Shown piece by piece: positions 9,029-20,073 of a stretch of DNA of 64,000 bases (positions within the stretch are counted from its first letter, which is position 1; every line of letters begins with the position of its first letter). The DNA comes from a virus. The DNA lies in IMG/VR virus record IMGVR_UViG_3300036466_000273, positions 1 to 64,000 of that record. One strand, given 5' to 3'. A model generated the notes under the pieces. It was not told the origin of the DNA and made no database searches. It worked only from the letters and a program-made list of their open reading frames with translations. A program made the translations under genes and the position numbers.

Positions 9029-10693
9029 ATAATTATAAACAATGGCGAAAGGAGAAAATTATGAAAAAGTATGTTTGTGACGTTTGTGGGTCTTCTGAAG
9101 TAACTTTTGACGCTACTATTTCTTGGGATTATGAAACTCAATCTTTTATCACTGAATCAGCAGAAGATGGTTGCTACTGCAATGACTGCGAAGATATTCA
9201 ACCTGTTAAAATCATTGAAGAAACTTTTCAATGGAAAATTACAGACAAAGCTGGCATTAGCTTTACACCCAATAAGCATTATGGCACTTTGGAAGACGTA
9301 CAGAAAGACTTTAATGTTAAAGATATTGAAAAGTTTCAGAGATTGGATTCAACCAAGCAAGTTGAGGAGGTGTAATGAAAGCGAATAGCCTTTTTGAAAC
9401 CGACCAGATGAGTGGCGCATTATACTACAAAATACTAGAAGACTATGCGAATGATTTAGAGGTTGATTTAGCTTGTATAATGGCAGCTGGTATAGATAAA
9501 GATCAAATTGAACTAGTATATAAGTATAATACATTTGTTCCTGATATTCAGTTTAAGGAGATATAATATGCCGCGTACACGACTTAAGTGGTTAATTGAA
9601 TCAGACGATGGTGTCAATATGCGAGAGCCTCGCCCCACTAGGAAAAGTGTTGATAGAAAGGCTCAAGAATTAGCTAATGCCTTTGGGCAGACTATGTGGT
9701 ACTACACAAACCGTGATAGAGCCAGGTGGTGGCGTACTGGAAAATCTATTAAGATGTATGAAGTGGAACCTAATAATGAGTGATAGGCTGGATATTGGGA
9801 AATATATAGATTACTTTAATAATTTGGTGCAAAGTACTTTTTCTTCTGCTGCATCTACGGATGCCTATATTGTGTATTACCATGAATATATGGACTATAG
9901 TCTAGTATTAATGCTTAGTGTGTTAGATAGTAGTGGAAGATTGAAGAAATGTAAGCAGGAGATTCCACTTAAAATATTATGCCAAACTAGTATTCCAGAC
10001 GCTTTAGTGGAAGAGAAAATCCAAGGAATAGTAAATCTAGTAACAGAAAGCTTAGGAGAACAAAATGATTAAACATTTCTGTGATTACTGTGGAGAAGAA
10101 ATTTTAGAGGAACACTTAAACAATAACTTTAAAGTAGAGAGAAATACGTATACTAATGGAGACCTTAGTGCTACTATCATGGCTAAGAACATACAAATTA
10201 ACCTCCAAGAAGGAAGGGTTTTTGAAATTTGTAAGTATTGTCTAATAGACTTAGTAAACTCATTAGATGACCGTACGAAGGCAGGGTAGAATGAGTGATT
10301 ATAGCAAACGGTTCGTTTTGGAAGTAGAAGAAAATAATTATTCTTCTACTCTGTACCCTTATATTTATAAAGTTCCACAAGAGCCAGTATTTAATATTAG
10401 CTTTTTGGATGATAATGTACAACCGGATATAGCTGAAATCCCTTATGATGTACATTTAGATGTTCAAGTAAATATTAGAGAATATAGGGATTTTAAGGCT
10501 TTATATCTTATAGAAGTTATTCTAGGGCATAATACGTATACCTCTGCATCCCAGAAATCTTTGTTGCATACTAGTCTAGTAGGGAAAGATTTTTTCAAAG
10601 TTTTACCTAACCCAGTATATGACCTACTAACTTCATTAATCGGTAGACATACTATTAAAAAAGAGTCTGGTTTTGACTATATAGGAGAATAAA

Positions 10694-11122
10694 ATGATTA
10701 CTAGTGTAGAAGCTATGGGAATGAAACGTATTAAAGAAAATATTAAAAGAGGTTGTATCCCTAGTGAAGATTTTGAAGTAATCTCCATCCTCAATGCAGA
10801 TGAAACGGAAGTACTAAATGATGAATTCTATACTTTTTTCTTCGACGATATTGGACCAAAGTCTTCAGCTATGTATTGTAAAGACCAATCCAGCGCAATG
10901 CGCATCTCCGATGCAATCGCGCTATACGAAACAATTCTTCAACTAGAGAACAAGACTGAGGCAATTGATTTGATTGTTCATTGCGGAGCAGGTATTTGCA
11001 GGTCAGGAGCAGTAGTACAGTTTATATCTGATAAATTTAATGTTCCGATTGAGGGTAGTTCTCAAATTCAGCCTAATGAGTGGGTAGAGAATCTTTTGTG
11101 GTGTGTAAGTGAGGAGGTATAA
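10694..11122 (+). CDS. Cys-dependent (tyrosine/dual-specificity) phosphatase-like protein
   Basis: VHCGAGICRSGA = HCX5R P-loop; FDDI and PN motifs. Confidence 0.85.
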   Translation: MITSVEAMGMKRIKENIKRGCIPSEDFEVISILNADETEVLNDEFYTFFFDDIGPKSSAMYCKDQSSAMRISDAIALYETILQLENKTEAIDLIVHCGAGICRSGAVVQFISDKFNVPIEGSSQIQPNEWVENLLWCVSEEV

Positions 11123-11377
11123 TGGGACTTATTGATGCAGTAAAATGTGATGGGTGTGGTAAAGTTATGGATTTTGAAAGCAAAGATTTCTTCCGAGTAG
11201 ACGGAAATATCTATATAGGTTATACAGGAGGGATTATTGGAGGAGCTGAACCAGAAGCTCCTACTACCTTTCTCTGTGTACCTTGCTTCATGCAGTGTGT
11301 AGAGCAGGCAGCGGGTATACCTAAGTATAGAGACCCTCGTATACAAAACGAAACTTTACTTTGTTAAGGAGGTATAA

Positions 11378-11692
11378 ATGTATACTCCAGACGAATGGGT
11401 ACTAGTAAAAGTAAATGGAACTGACCCACACTATAGAGTATTTGGGTCTTGGCGAGGAGGATATCTTGACGGAGATTCTTGGAGATTAAATTCTGGAATC
11501 GTAAGAGCGGAGCAAGACGGAGATAGTTACATATTTTACGGCGCAAGTGGCTCAGTGTACATATGTCATAAAGACTCTTATGGTGTTAAATCAATGTATA
11601 GTAGCGGAGTGTTAGAAAATCTGTGCGATAATAATATGGACATTCTTTCTAAATGCCCTGATGTACCAAACTTTAACTGGATTATATTATAG
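11378..11692 (+). CDS. Conserved phage hypothetical protein
   Basis: YTPDxW...YRVFGSWxGGYLDGDSWRLNSGI motif recalled from large phages. Confidence 0.65.
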   Translation: MYTPDEWVLVKVNGTDPHYRVFGSWRGGYLDGDSWRLNSGIVRAEQDGDSYIFYGASGSVYICHKDSYGVKSMYSSGVLENLCDNNMDILSKCPDVPNFNWIIL

Positions 11693-11704
11693 GAGAGAAG
11701 TAAA

Positions 11705-12004
11705 ATGAAAAAGATTTTTGTATGTGTAGCAATCGTATTCGCAGTAACAGTATCAAACGCTAAAGCTAATGAACTTTGTGAAGCTCAGAGTAACCTAGCT
11801 TCAACAATTATGGATGCTAGACAAGATGGAATGCCAATGCTTCAGATGATGAAAGCAGTAGGACCTGATGCTCCTTTGGCTAAAATTCTTGTAAGAGCTG
11901 CATATGATTCTCCTCGTTACCATTCTGAGGAAATGCGTACTTATGCTACTACAGAATTCAGTAACGAAGTATACCTTATGTGTGTAGAGGCTACAGAGGA
12001 TTAA
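11705..12004 (+). CDS. Secreted hypothetical protein
   Basis: Signal peptide ending AKA; C...ASTIMDARQxG motif. Confidence 0.6.
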   Translation: MKKIFVCVAIVFAVTVSNAKANELCEAQSNLASTIMDARQDGMPMLQMMKAVGPDAPLAKILVRAAYDSPRYHSEEMRTYATTEFSNEVYLMCVEATED

Positions 12005-12078
12005 AAATAGTACTTGACTTTTTCCTCAATGTTCGCTATAATATATTTATAAACAATGGCGAAAGGAGAAAATTATGA
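12004..12078 (+). repeat. 75-bp promoter-SD-ATG cassette, copy upstream of rtcB (TTGACT 12014, TATAAT 12037)
   Basis: One mismatch versus 13116-13190. Confidence 0.95.
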
Positions 12079-13112
12079 TTTATGCAGAAGTATTGGAAGA
12101 CGAAGCTTTAAAGCAATATAATGAAGCATTAGCGCAGCCTTTTACACTACAAGGGGCTCTTATGGCGGATGCCCATACCGGGTATTCTCTTCCTATAGGT
12201 GGGGTAATACTGACTCAAGAAATGCTAGTACCTGCCTGGGTAGGTTATGATATTGGTTGTGGTATGTTAGCTATTCCCCACAACTACTGTATCCATAAGT
12301 ATAAAGATTCAATATTTAAAGATATCTATAATAATATCCCAGTAGGTTTTAAGCACAGTCCTTCCCCTAGTCACTTTGATGAATTTCCTAATTTTAGTGG
12401 TATAGCTATGGAAATTTATAAAGAAAAGGGTGGAGGCTACCAACTTGGCAGTCTAGGTAGTGGTAATCATTTTATTGAGATCTCTGATAACTGGATTATT
12501 ATTCATTGCGGTTCTCGTGGAGTAGGTCATGGAATTGCCTCTCACTACATGAAAAACTGTGATTTTGCTCTTTCTATATTTTCAGAAGAAGGAAAAAATT
12601 ATCTTAAAGATATGGAAACCTGTGAAGAGTGGGCATTGTTAAACCGTGAGATTATTGCAAAATCTGTAATTAAGATACTACATCAGTATTCCCAAGGAAA
12701 AGCTGATTGGAGTAAGTTAGTAAATACAACCCATAATCATGTTCGCAGGTTAAGCCATACGGATGCTTTTGTTCATCGTAAAGGGGCTACTCAAGCCAAT
12801 AAAGGGCAACTTGGTATAATTGCAGGAAATATGCGTGATGGCTCATTTCTAGTGCGAGGTAAAGGAAATGAAGAATCCATGTGTTCAGCTTCACATGGTG
12901 CTGGGCGAGTTCTTGGGCGTCGAGCTGCTAAAAAGAAGTTGGATTTTGATGAATTTGAAAAATCGATGAGTGGGATTTTAGCCAACGTTTCTACCTCTAC
13001 CTTAGATGAAGCGCCATTAGCTTACAAGAACATTTATGAAGTAATGGAGCTCCAAAAGGACTTAGTAGAAGTAGTAGAACATATTAAACCAGTAATTAAT
13101 ATAAAAGGCTAG
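12075..13112 (+). CDS. rtcB: RtcB family RNA 3'-phosphate/5'-OH ligase
   Basis: MADAHxGY, VGYDIGCG, GSLGSGNHFIE, HNH, HRKGA, SHGAGR, DEAPxAYK motifs. Confidence 0.95.
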   Translation: MIYAEVLEDEALKQYNEALAQPFTLQGALMADAHTGYSLPIGGVILTQEMLVPAWVGYDIGCGMLAIPHNYCIHKYKDSIFKDIYNNIPVGFKHSPSPSHFDEFPNFSGIAMEIYKEKGGGYQLGSLGSGNHFIEISDNWIIIHCGSRGVGHGIASHYMKNCDFALSIFSEEGKNYLKDMETCEEWALLNREIIAKSVIKILHQYSQGKADWSKLVNTTHNHVRRLSHTDAFVHRKGATQANKGQLGIIAGNMRDGSFLVRGKGNEESMCSASHGAGRVLGRRAAKKKLDFDEFEKSMSGILANVSTSTLDEAPLAYKNIYEVMELQKDLVEVVEHIKPVINIKG

Positions 13113-13115
13113 TAT

Positions 13116-13190
13116 AAAATAGTACTTGACTTTTTCCTCAATGTTCGCTATAATATATTTATAAACAATGACGAAAGGAGAAAATTATGA
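13116..13190 (+). repeat. 75-bp promoter-SD-ATG cassette, copy downstream of rtcB (TTGACT 13126, TATAAT 13149)
   Basis: One mismatch versus 12004-12078. Confidence 0.95.
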
Positions 13191-14076
13191 GAGCCTGCGA
13201 CGAGATGGTAATTGAAATTGGGGTCTTTGAAGTAGACGCTGAAGATGGGTCTTTCTCAGTCATTATGAAAGAAGTAGAGGTAGTAATAGACGGTACTCAA
13301 AATGAGGAGGATAGAGACGCTCTAGGTGGAGGTTTTATTGATATTTGGGATATTAAATGCTCAGATATTATAGTAAATTATACACAAATATCTGATGATG
13401 AAGAGGTAGAGTACAAATATTACAGTTACGATGGCTGCCCAGCAAACATCCAAGAGTTTATTTTCTATGAAATAGAAAACTTTCTCAGTGGCTATGATGA
13501 GACTATTGAAATCAAATCAGATAGGAGAGTTCGAATTAAGCACTAGATTTGAACCAATTCTACTAGCAGAGTATGAATTGATGCCTGGGCTTAGATATCG
13601 TTGTGTTGAAGGGGAGGACTGCCTTGACTGTCTTTGCTGTAACGCTCAGATATTATGTGAAGGCTTAGAGTGTAGAGATAATTATAGAACTGATGGTAAA
13701 AGTATAATTTTGGAGGTTATTGAAAATGAGTGATAAGACTTTTAGTAGATGTGTGCCTCTTGAGAACCATGATATACTATTTGATAGGCAGGTATCGCTG
13801 GGGGGATCTGACCCAGGGTTCGTAGAAATTATGATTGATGATCTTGCTGCTCTAGTATCTGTTAAAGAGCTACAAGAAGCACTTAATTACTATAACCATA
13901 GCAGTAATACTTCGAGTAGCAGTAATACTTCAAATAGAAAAGATGATGCTCTAGCTAAAGAATTGTGGAAAGAAATCTATCTTGAAGAAAGGGAGAGAGT
14001 CCGCACTAGCACAGATGCTGCCGACCATGCTAATAAAGCGGTAGAAGAATTTTATAAAACTTTTGAATAGGGATTA

Positions 14077-14413
14077 ATGGTGTCAGAACAAGAGGTAATT
14101 AAGATATTAAATCAGTTGTCAGACACTGGTAATAGGGCATTTGAAATATTGGTTCAGCAAGCAATATTCGATGCGGGGATTTGTTTGGTTATATTAATTC
14201 TATCTACCATATTCTCAACAGTAGTACTTATAAAGCACAACAAGGTATTAGATAGCCACCCAAGTAATGATGAAAAAAGATTGGGCACAGTTTGTAATAG
14301 GAGTAACAGTTGTTATGTCTATTATTATATTTTGTGTACTAATCTACCCTCTAGTTACGGGTTTTATTAATCCAGAATATCTAGCAATCAAAGAACTTTT
14401 AGGAGCTTTATGA
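14077..14413 (+). pseudogene. Membrane protein gene split by a frameshift at the A6 run 14273-14278
   Basis: Removing one A continues the frame as DWAQFVIGVTVVMSIIIFCVLIYPLVTGFINPEYLAIKELLGAL*, overlapping the next start. Confidence 0.65.
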
Positions 14414-14706
14414 TGAACGCTAAAAAAGAACTGTTAAAGGATATTGAGAATATTGACTCTCCGATTATTTGTGCCCTCATAACTTTTGAAGACAGACTAA
14501 TCAAGTTACCAATGTTTTATACCAATGAGCAGTGGGAAAAGTTCCTCGAAGAATTAGACTTTGAGTATGAAGAAGGTTATGGTGGTCAGGAACTTTTTGG
14601 TACTGTATGGTTTCTAAATGGAACTTGGATGGAACGTGGAGAGTACGACGGCTCTGAATGGTGGGAATATAAAACTTGCCCTAAAATTCCTGGAGATTTA
14701 CAATAA
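14410..14706 (+). CDS. Conserved phage hypothetical protein
   Basis: LDFEYxxGYGGQELFGTVWFxxGTWMERGEYDGSEWW motif. Confidence 0.7.
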   Translation: MMNAKKELLKDIENIDSPIICALITFEDRLIKLPMFYTNEQWEKFLEELDFEYEEGYGGQELFGTVWFLNGTWMERGEYDGSEWWEYKTCPKIPGDLQ

Positions 14707-14915
14707 TGGCTAATAAAAAGGTATATTGTAACACTTGTACGTATCTTAAGGGTTATGTAAAAGATTGGGATGTGACTTACAAGCATTCCTGCGCAGCTCC
14801 TAGTAATATAAAAATTAGGGATACTTATTATTGCCAAGAAGAGGAGATTATTGCACATCCTAAAGAAATTAATAAGTACAATAACTGTCCTTGGTATAAA
14901 GAGAGAGGTAACTAA
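14706..14915 (+). CDS. Cys-rich small protein, paralog 3
   Basis: KVYCxxCxY...CxAPxN...INKYNNCPWY. Confidence 0.75.
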   Translation: MANKKVYCNTCTYLKGYVKDWDVTYKHSCAAPSNIKIRDTYYCQEEEIIAHPKEINKYNNCPWYKERGN

Positions 14916-15625
14916 TGTCTATTTATGTATGTGGAGATATCCATGGAGACCTAGATATAGGACTTCTATCTTTTAGCAACTGGCCTGAAAGCCGAGAACT
15001 AACTGAAAAAGACGTAGTAGTAATTCTGGGAGACTTCGGGCTTATATGGGGTCACCCAGGCACTCGTTGTGCCAAAAAAGACCAATACTGGCTAGATTGG
15101 TTGGGGAAACGCCCATATACAGTTGCATTTGTTGATGGTAATCATGAAAACTTTGATTTGATTAATAAATTACCAACAGTAGTAAAATGGGCTAATGAAG
15201 TAGGAGTTGTAGAAACTTCTGAAAAGCCTATCTACCACCTACGCAGAGGGCGCAAATATACCATAAATGGTAAGTCAGCGCTTGCATTAGGAGGAGCAGA
15301 AAGCCACGACAAAGGTAGGCGGATAGAAGGACTTAGTTGGTGGCCTGCTGAAGTATGGTCTAGTGATGATTGTGAGAGAATAGCTGAACAACTGCCTATA
15401 TCTGTTGATTATGTATTAGCCCACACTTGTCCTCAATATGTAGCAAACCTAATGTTTGAGTTGTACCCTAGAAACTGCTCAGTAGCTTCAGCTATGAATA
15501 ATCTAGTAGATGCTATATCATGCAAAGAGTGGCACTTTGGGCACTGGCATCAGAATAAAGAAATAGATATTGATGGCAAAAAGTATATCTGTCATTATCG
15601 TAGTAAACCTTGGAGATTAGTATGA
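14915..15625 (+). CDS. Calcineurin-like metallophosphoesterase
   Basis: GDIHG, GDFG, DGNHEN, HTCP, FGHWH motifs. Confidence 0.9.
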   Translation: MSIYVCGDIHGDLDIGLLSFSNWPESRELTEKDVVVILGDFGLIWGHPGTRCAKKDQYWLDWLGKRPYTVAFVDGNHENFDLINKLPTVVKWANEVGVVETSEKPIYHLRRGRKYTINGKSALALGGAESHDKGRRIEGLSWWPAEVWSSDDCERIAEQLPISVDYVLAHTCPQYVANLMFELYPRNCSVASAMNNLVDAISCKEWHFGHWHQNKEIDIDGKKYICHYRSKPWRLV

Positions 15626-15732
15626 CTTGGTTAGATTTACTATATTTTCTTTTGGGCTATTTGATAGGGTCTATTCTATATATTCTAGTAATATTAGTAT
15701 TATCTCGGTTATTTAACAAATTATCCAAGTAA
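15622..15732 (+). CDS. 36-aa single-TM peptide (not in ORF track)
   Basis: MTWLDLLYFLLGYLIGSILYILVILVLSRLFNKLSK; GGAG SD, overlaps upstream stop. Confidence 0.65.
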   Translation: MTWLDLLYFLLGYLIGSILYILVILVLSRLFNKLSK

Positions 15733-15762
15733 TATTTCTCTTAATTTGGATTGAGGTTTTTT

Positions 15763-15855
15763 ATGTTCGAAGTAGACTTACTATATTTTTTCTTAGGTTA
15801 TCTAATTGGAAACGTTTTGTACCTAATTCTTTGTAATATTTTTGGAAGGAAGTAA
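15763..15855 (+). CDS. 30-aa single-TM peptide, paralog of 15622-15732
   Basis: MFEVDLLYFFLGYLIGNVLYLILCNIFGRK; GAGG SD. Confidence 0.65.
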   Translation: MFEVDLLYFFLGYLIGNVLYLILCNIFGRK

Positions 15856-15937
15856 ACAATGCTTAAAGACTTTGTATTTTATGCTGTGATAGGTTATTAT
15901 AGCGTTATTATAATATATAACTTAGTGGAGTTAATTT

Positions 15938-16561
15938 ATGTTCATTATCAAAACAAACTGGGCGAAGAGAGTCGTAACTCCAGAATTTGACTGGATGCCT
16001 GACAGAGTAGATGACTTTCTTCAGCTTATACTAGATAAGACAATAAATTCTTTTACCCGTATATTTGATAGAAGGAGTTTTATCAAATTTAATAGGTCTG
16101 ACTTTTTATGTATTGATAGTACTTTGTCAGATATTATTTTACCTCTAGTAAAAGAGGTAAAACGAGAAAAACAAGGTGTACCTTGTATAGATAATGAAGA
16201 TGTACCAGAAGAATTACGTACTGAAGAAGATCTATTTAGTAAATGTAACCATTCAGATAAAGAAATGGAAATACTAGTGGCTAGGTGGGATTATATTTTA
16301 GATGAGATGATATTTGCTTTTGAGAAATTGAAAGAAGCTAATTGGGAAGCCGAATTTCATTCAGGTCATATAGATTTCAAATTTACTCCGGTAGACAAAG
16401 AAGGAAATGAAGTTCCTGAGGAAGGAGCAGAACTTTTCAGGATGGATAGAGGCCCTAATGACACCCATGAACTAGATATTGAAGGTCTCAAAGCTATGGA
16501 TGCACGTATCCAAAATGGAACTATGCTTTTCGGTAAGTACTACAGGGATTTGTGGCTTTAG
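15938..16561 (+). CDS. Conserved phage hypothetical protein
   Basis: TLSDIILP..RWDYILDEMIFAFE..LFGKYYRDLW motifs. Confidence 0.7.
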   Translation: MFIIKTNWAKRVVTPEFDWMPDRVDDFLQLILDKTINSFTRIFDRRSFIKFNRSDFLCIDSTLSDIILPLVKEVKREKQGVPCIDNEDVPEELRTEEDLFSKCNHSDKEMEILVARWDYILDEMIFAFEKLKEANWEAEFHSGHIDFKFTPVDKEGNEVPEEGAELFRMDRGPNDTHELDIEGLKAMDARIQNGTMLFGKYYRDLWL

Positions 16562-16579
16562 CATAATCTAAAATAGTCC

Positions 16580-16608
16580 TTGACAATTTCCTCAATATTC
16601 GTTATAAT
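16580..16608 (+). promoter_or_regulatory. Early promoter cassette
   Basis: TTGACA-17-TATAAT. Confidence 0.9.
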
Positions 16609-16636
16609 AGTATTATAAACAATGAGGGGAGGAAAT

Positions 16637-17149
16637 ATGAAAGATAGGATGCACAAGATAGAGGCTCAGAGAATAGCAACAGAGCGCATAGAGCATTTTC
16701 TAGGAGATGAATGGTCTTTTAGTTTTATAACTAAGAAGCGTACACTAGGAATGTGTTGTTTCGATACCAAAACAATATCTCTCTCGCTTAACTATCTAAA
16801 AACAGCCAAGTTTGTAGATGTTGAAGAAACCATAATGCACGAGATAGCGCATGCGCTAGTCGGCCCAGGCCACGGGCATAACCAGCACTGGAAGGCGCAG
16901 ATGCGTGCATTAGGTTATCCTAATGCTAAGGCAACTAGAAGAATTGAACACACTAGCATTGATTCTTATATCGAATCCGGTGCTAAGTGGCTTCTAATTG
17001 AACCTAATGGTAAAATTGTTAGAGAATGGTATCGCAAACCCGCTGATAAAACCTTTGTAACTATTAAAAACAAATATATCCCTGGGAGAAAAGAAGAAAC
17101 TATAGGTAAGCTGAAAATAGTCCGAATTGAGGAGTATGGCAATGTGTAA
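16637..17149 (+). CDS. SprT-like zinc metalloprotease
   Basis: KRTLGMC...ISLS...HEIAHAL.GPGHGHNQHWK. Confidence 0.85.
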   Translation: MKDRMHKIEAQRIATERIEHFLGDEWSFSFITKKRTLGMCCFDTKTISLSLNYLKTAKFVDVEETIMHEIAHALVGPGHGHNQHWKAQMRALGYPNAKATRRIEHTSIDSYIESGAKWLLIEPNGKIVREWYRKPADKTFVTIKNKYIPGRKEETIGKLKIVRIEEYGNV

Positions 17150-17896
17150 GATTGAGGAATCTCTGACTAGGAATCTATGTGTATTCCACCAAGATGAGCT
17201 GTTTGGTAGAAATATTGAAATAACTGCCAATGATTGGAGTAATGGTGAAGCAGTAGACCTCGAAATCAGTATTGTAGAAAAAGACCAAAACGTTTCGTTT
17301 AGTAAGCGAACTGTTTATCTAGAACTTACATATTCCGAGTTGGAAATCCTAGGCAAAGTAATCAATAAGCTTAATGAGGAGTAAAAATGCCAAAAATTGA
17401 ATTTTATACTATTGACGAGTACAAAACAAAACGCTCCTTTACTAGTATTGACCTTCCTCAAATAGAAATCGATTATATATTCAGTGGAGCAGCTAAACCA
17501 ATACAACAATATGTTGCATTTTTAAATGCTTACGAGCCAGAGATTGTTTACTTTGAAGAGGATGACCCAATTTGCGGTATGAAAGAATTTGGTAAGTATA
17601 ATATTTATGAAAAAGCTAAGATAGACTTTCTAAAGTGGGTTAATGACCAAGATAGTTTAATCTATGTGCGAGAGGCAGAAAATGGCTAAATTTGCAGAAA
17701 TTGGAACCAAGACTCTATACCTAGTCAAAGCAGAAACTTTCAAAGAGTGGCTTACCCTTCTTAAATATCGTTGGGATGGAAAAATTATCGGCTCACTGCT
17801 AGTACGCTTTGATAACGGTAAGTTTTATAAAATGAATGTTGTATCTCCTAAAGACATGAGGGAGTTCAAAAAAGTTTACGCATTTAAGTATCAAAA

Positions 17897-18418
17897 ATGA
17901 AATGGTTGATTTGTATTTTATTGTTGCTCCCCTGCAATTCTTTAGCATTAGAGGATTCGCAGAGGGAGCTTATTGTGTATGCACATAGCTACGCCTCTGA
18001 ATATGGATGGGGCGAAACCGTAGCCTCAATACTTTATCAAGAGAGTAAAGCAGGATTTTCTGGATATAGAAAATACGGAGTAGTAGTTGGGGACAGAAGT
18101 AAGAGTGGGGGTTATAAGTCTCTAGGAGTTATGCAAATCCAGCTAGAAACTGCAAAAGATATACTAAGGTGGTTTCCTCATCTGTGCCCAGAACCTATCT
18201 CAGACACGGAACTTAGTTACAGACTTCTAGCTGATGATAAGTTTAGTATTAGACTTGGAACTTGGTATTTTATAAAGTTATACGAAGTAAAAGGTTCTTG
18301 GAGAGAGGCAATATTAGCTTATAATATTGGGCCATCTGGAACTTTAGATATCAATGATTATGTTAGTAAAGTATTAAAATGGAGAAAATGGCTACTAAAG
18401 GAGGTAATAAATGATTAA
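17897..18418 (+). CDS. SLT-domain lytic transglycosylase with signal peptide
   Basis: QES, GVMQI, AILAYNxG motifs. Confidence 0.8.
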   Translation: MKWLICILLLLPCNSLALEDSQRELIVYAHSYASEYGWGETVASILYQESKAGFSGYRKYGVVVGDRSKSGGYKSLGVMQIQLETAKDILRWFPHLCPEPISDTELSYRLLADDKFSIRLGTWYFIKLYEVKGSWREAILAYNIGPSGTLDINDYVSKVLKWRKWLLKEVIND

Positions 18419-18998
18419 ATCGTCCTGCATCTGTGGTGCAAGTTTAGAGTTAGATTTAGAAGGAAGAGACAAAGAATGTGAATTATACCAAGAATGGCTT
18501 GAGGTGCATAAAAGATGTACTGAATTATATCAGCAGGAAAAATTCTTTGCTATTTCACTAGCTGTAAATAAAAATAACCCTAAGTCTAAGCCTAGGGGTT
18601 CTAGGCTAAATTAAAGGAGTAATATGTGCTCAGATATTGAACTCTTATTCATAGACTTAATAAACCCTAGTAAAACTAAGTTTGTTAGAAAGGATTTAGA
18701 TATAGCAGAGTTTTTAGAAGACCATTATTTTGGTAACCATTACGCCTCTATTCCTTTTAATGAGTATATCGTAGAATATACTAAGCTTCTAATGATAGAT
18801 GAGGATAATAATGTTAAAGAAGTTAGTTACATCGTTTAAGAAGCCAAAAAGTCCTCCTACAGGAAACCTAAAAGATGTAGATATTTATTGCCCTTTTTGT
18901 GGGTTTACTGTGAAGAGAATTGTTCAAGAACAGTTAAGGCTTCCTATTGAATGCCCTAAATGTGGAAAATATACTGTTCAAGAGTTTAAGGAGAAAGT

Positions 18999-19595
18999 AT
19001 GACTAGACAATTTGATCTTATATTTGAAAAAATTATGAAACATGAGGGTTTTTATTCTAACCATGCTAATGATAGGGGAGGACAGACTTATCGAGGAATA
19101 GCTAGGAAGTTTCATCCGGATTGGGAGGGGTGGACTATTATAGACAAGATTATGGACGAAAATGGTAACTTTTCAGAGGCATCCCTACCACTTTCCACAA
19201 CTATCGACCTCGATACTAAGGTTAGAGAATTTTATAAACAAAACTACTACGACGACTTTTGTGGTGATTCTCTCCCGTTCGCTGTAGCTCAGGAGATGTT
19301 TGATATTTCCATAAATATGGGTCTGCGCCGAGCAGTACTTTTTCTACAGAACTCTATTAACGCGCTCAATAGGTCGGGTGTGCAACCTGATTTAGTTGCA
19401 GACGGAATTTTTGGAAATAAAACCTTAGCTGGAGTAAATGAATTTCTAGATAAGGGCAATTATATGTGGCTAGTAAAATTGCTTAATATAATGCAGGGGT
19501 ATCAATATGCAGAAATAGCCATGAATAATGCAGACCAAAGAGTTTTTCTACGTGGTTGGCTAAAACGAGTGGAGATTAATACAGATGATTTCTAA
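18999..19595 (+). CDS. GH108 lysozyme with PG-binding domain (probable endolysin)
   Basis: HEGFYSNHANDRGGQTYRGI, FDISINMG, DGIFGNKT, FLRGWLKR. Confidence 0.9.
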   Translation: MTRQFDLIFEKIMKHEGFYSNHANDRGGQTYRGIARKFHPDWEGWTIIDKIMDENGNFSEASLPLSTTIDLDTKVREFYKQNYYDDFCGDSLPFAVAQEMFDISINMGLRRAVLFLQNSINALNRSGVQPDLVADGIFGNKTLAGVNEFLDKGNYMWLVKLLNIMQGYQYAEIAMNNADQRVFLRGWLKRVEINTDDF

Positions 19596-19845
19596 GCTTA
19601 TACAGAAGTTCAAAAGCTATACGACTGATTCTATTAATAAAGAATTAGCTACTGATTATGAGTTTGTTGAGAAATGGTTGTGGGTTCTACGAGATAAAAA
19701 TACGGCAAGAGAATATCGATCTAAGTTCTATTACCGAGATTTGGAAGATTTGGAGCAACATGGTATTGAGCTCATTGATGTAGTATATAAACTACCAGAA
19801 ACAAGAATAATTGTATCTGCTAGTAAACGGGTATAGGAGGTAAAA

Positions 19846-20073
19846 ATGGAAATTATAGGCACTAGATGCCCAACTTGTAAAAGTACAGATGTTATAGAAG
19901 TATCAGATATTCAATCCTATCAATTTCATGAGGAGATTAAAAAGTGTGCTTCATGTGACACACTATTTGCAGTAACTAGAGAAGTATCAATCCTAATCCA
20001 AGATAGCGCAGAAGGGTCATTCCTCGACCACTCTAGCGCAACTACGGACGGGAGCAGTGATTTATATTCATGA
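19846..20073 (+). CDS. Small zinc-ribbon protein resembling a Geobacter/Desulfuromonas conserved family
   Basis: CPxCK...FHEEIKKCxxCxT.F.V...I..D...SFL...S..DG pattern. Confidence 0.55.
   Translation: MEIIGTRCPTCKSTDVIEVSDIQSYQFHEEIKKCASCDTLFAVTREVSILIQDSAEGSFLDHSSATTDGSSDLYS

Noticed and set aside
13899-13937. 18-bp tandem duplication encoding SSNTSSSSNTS
   Set aside because: Simple in-frame slippage in a low-complexity linker
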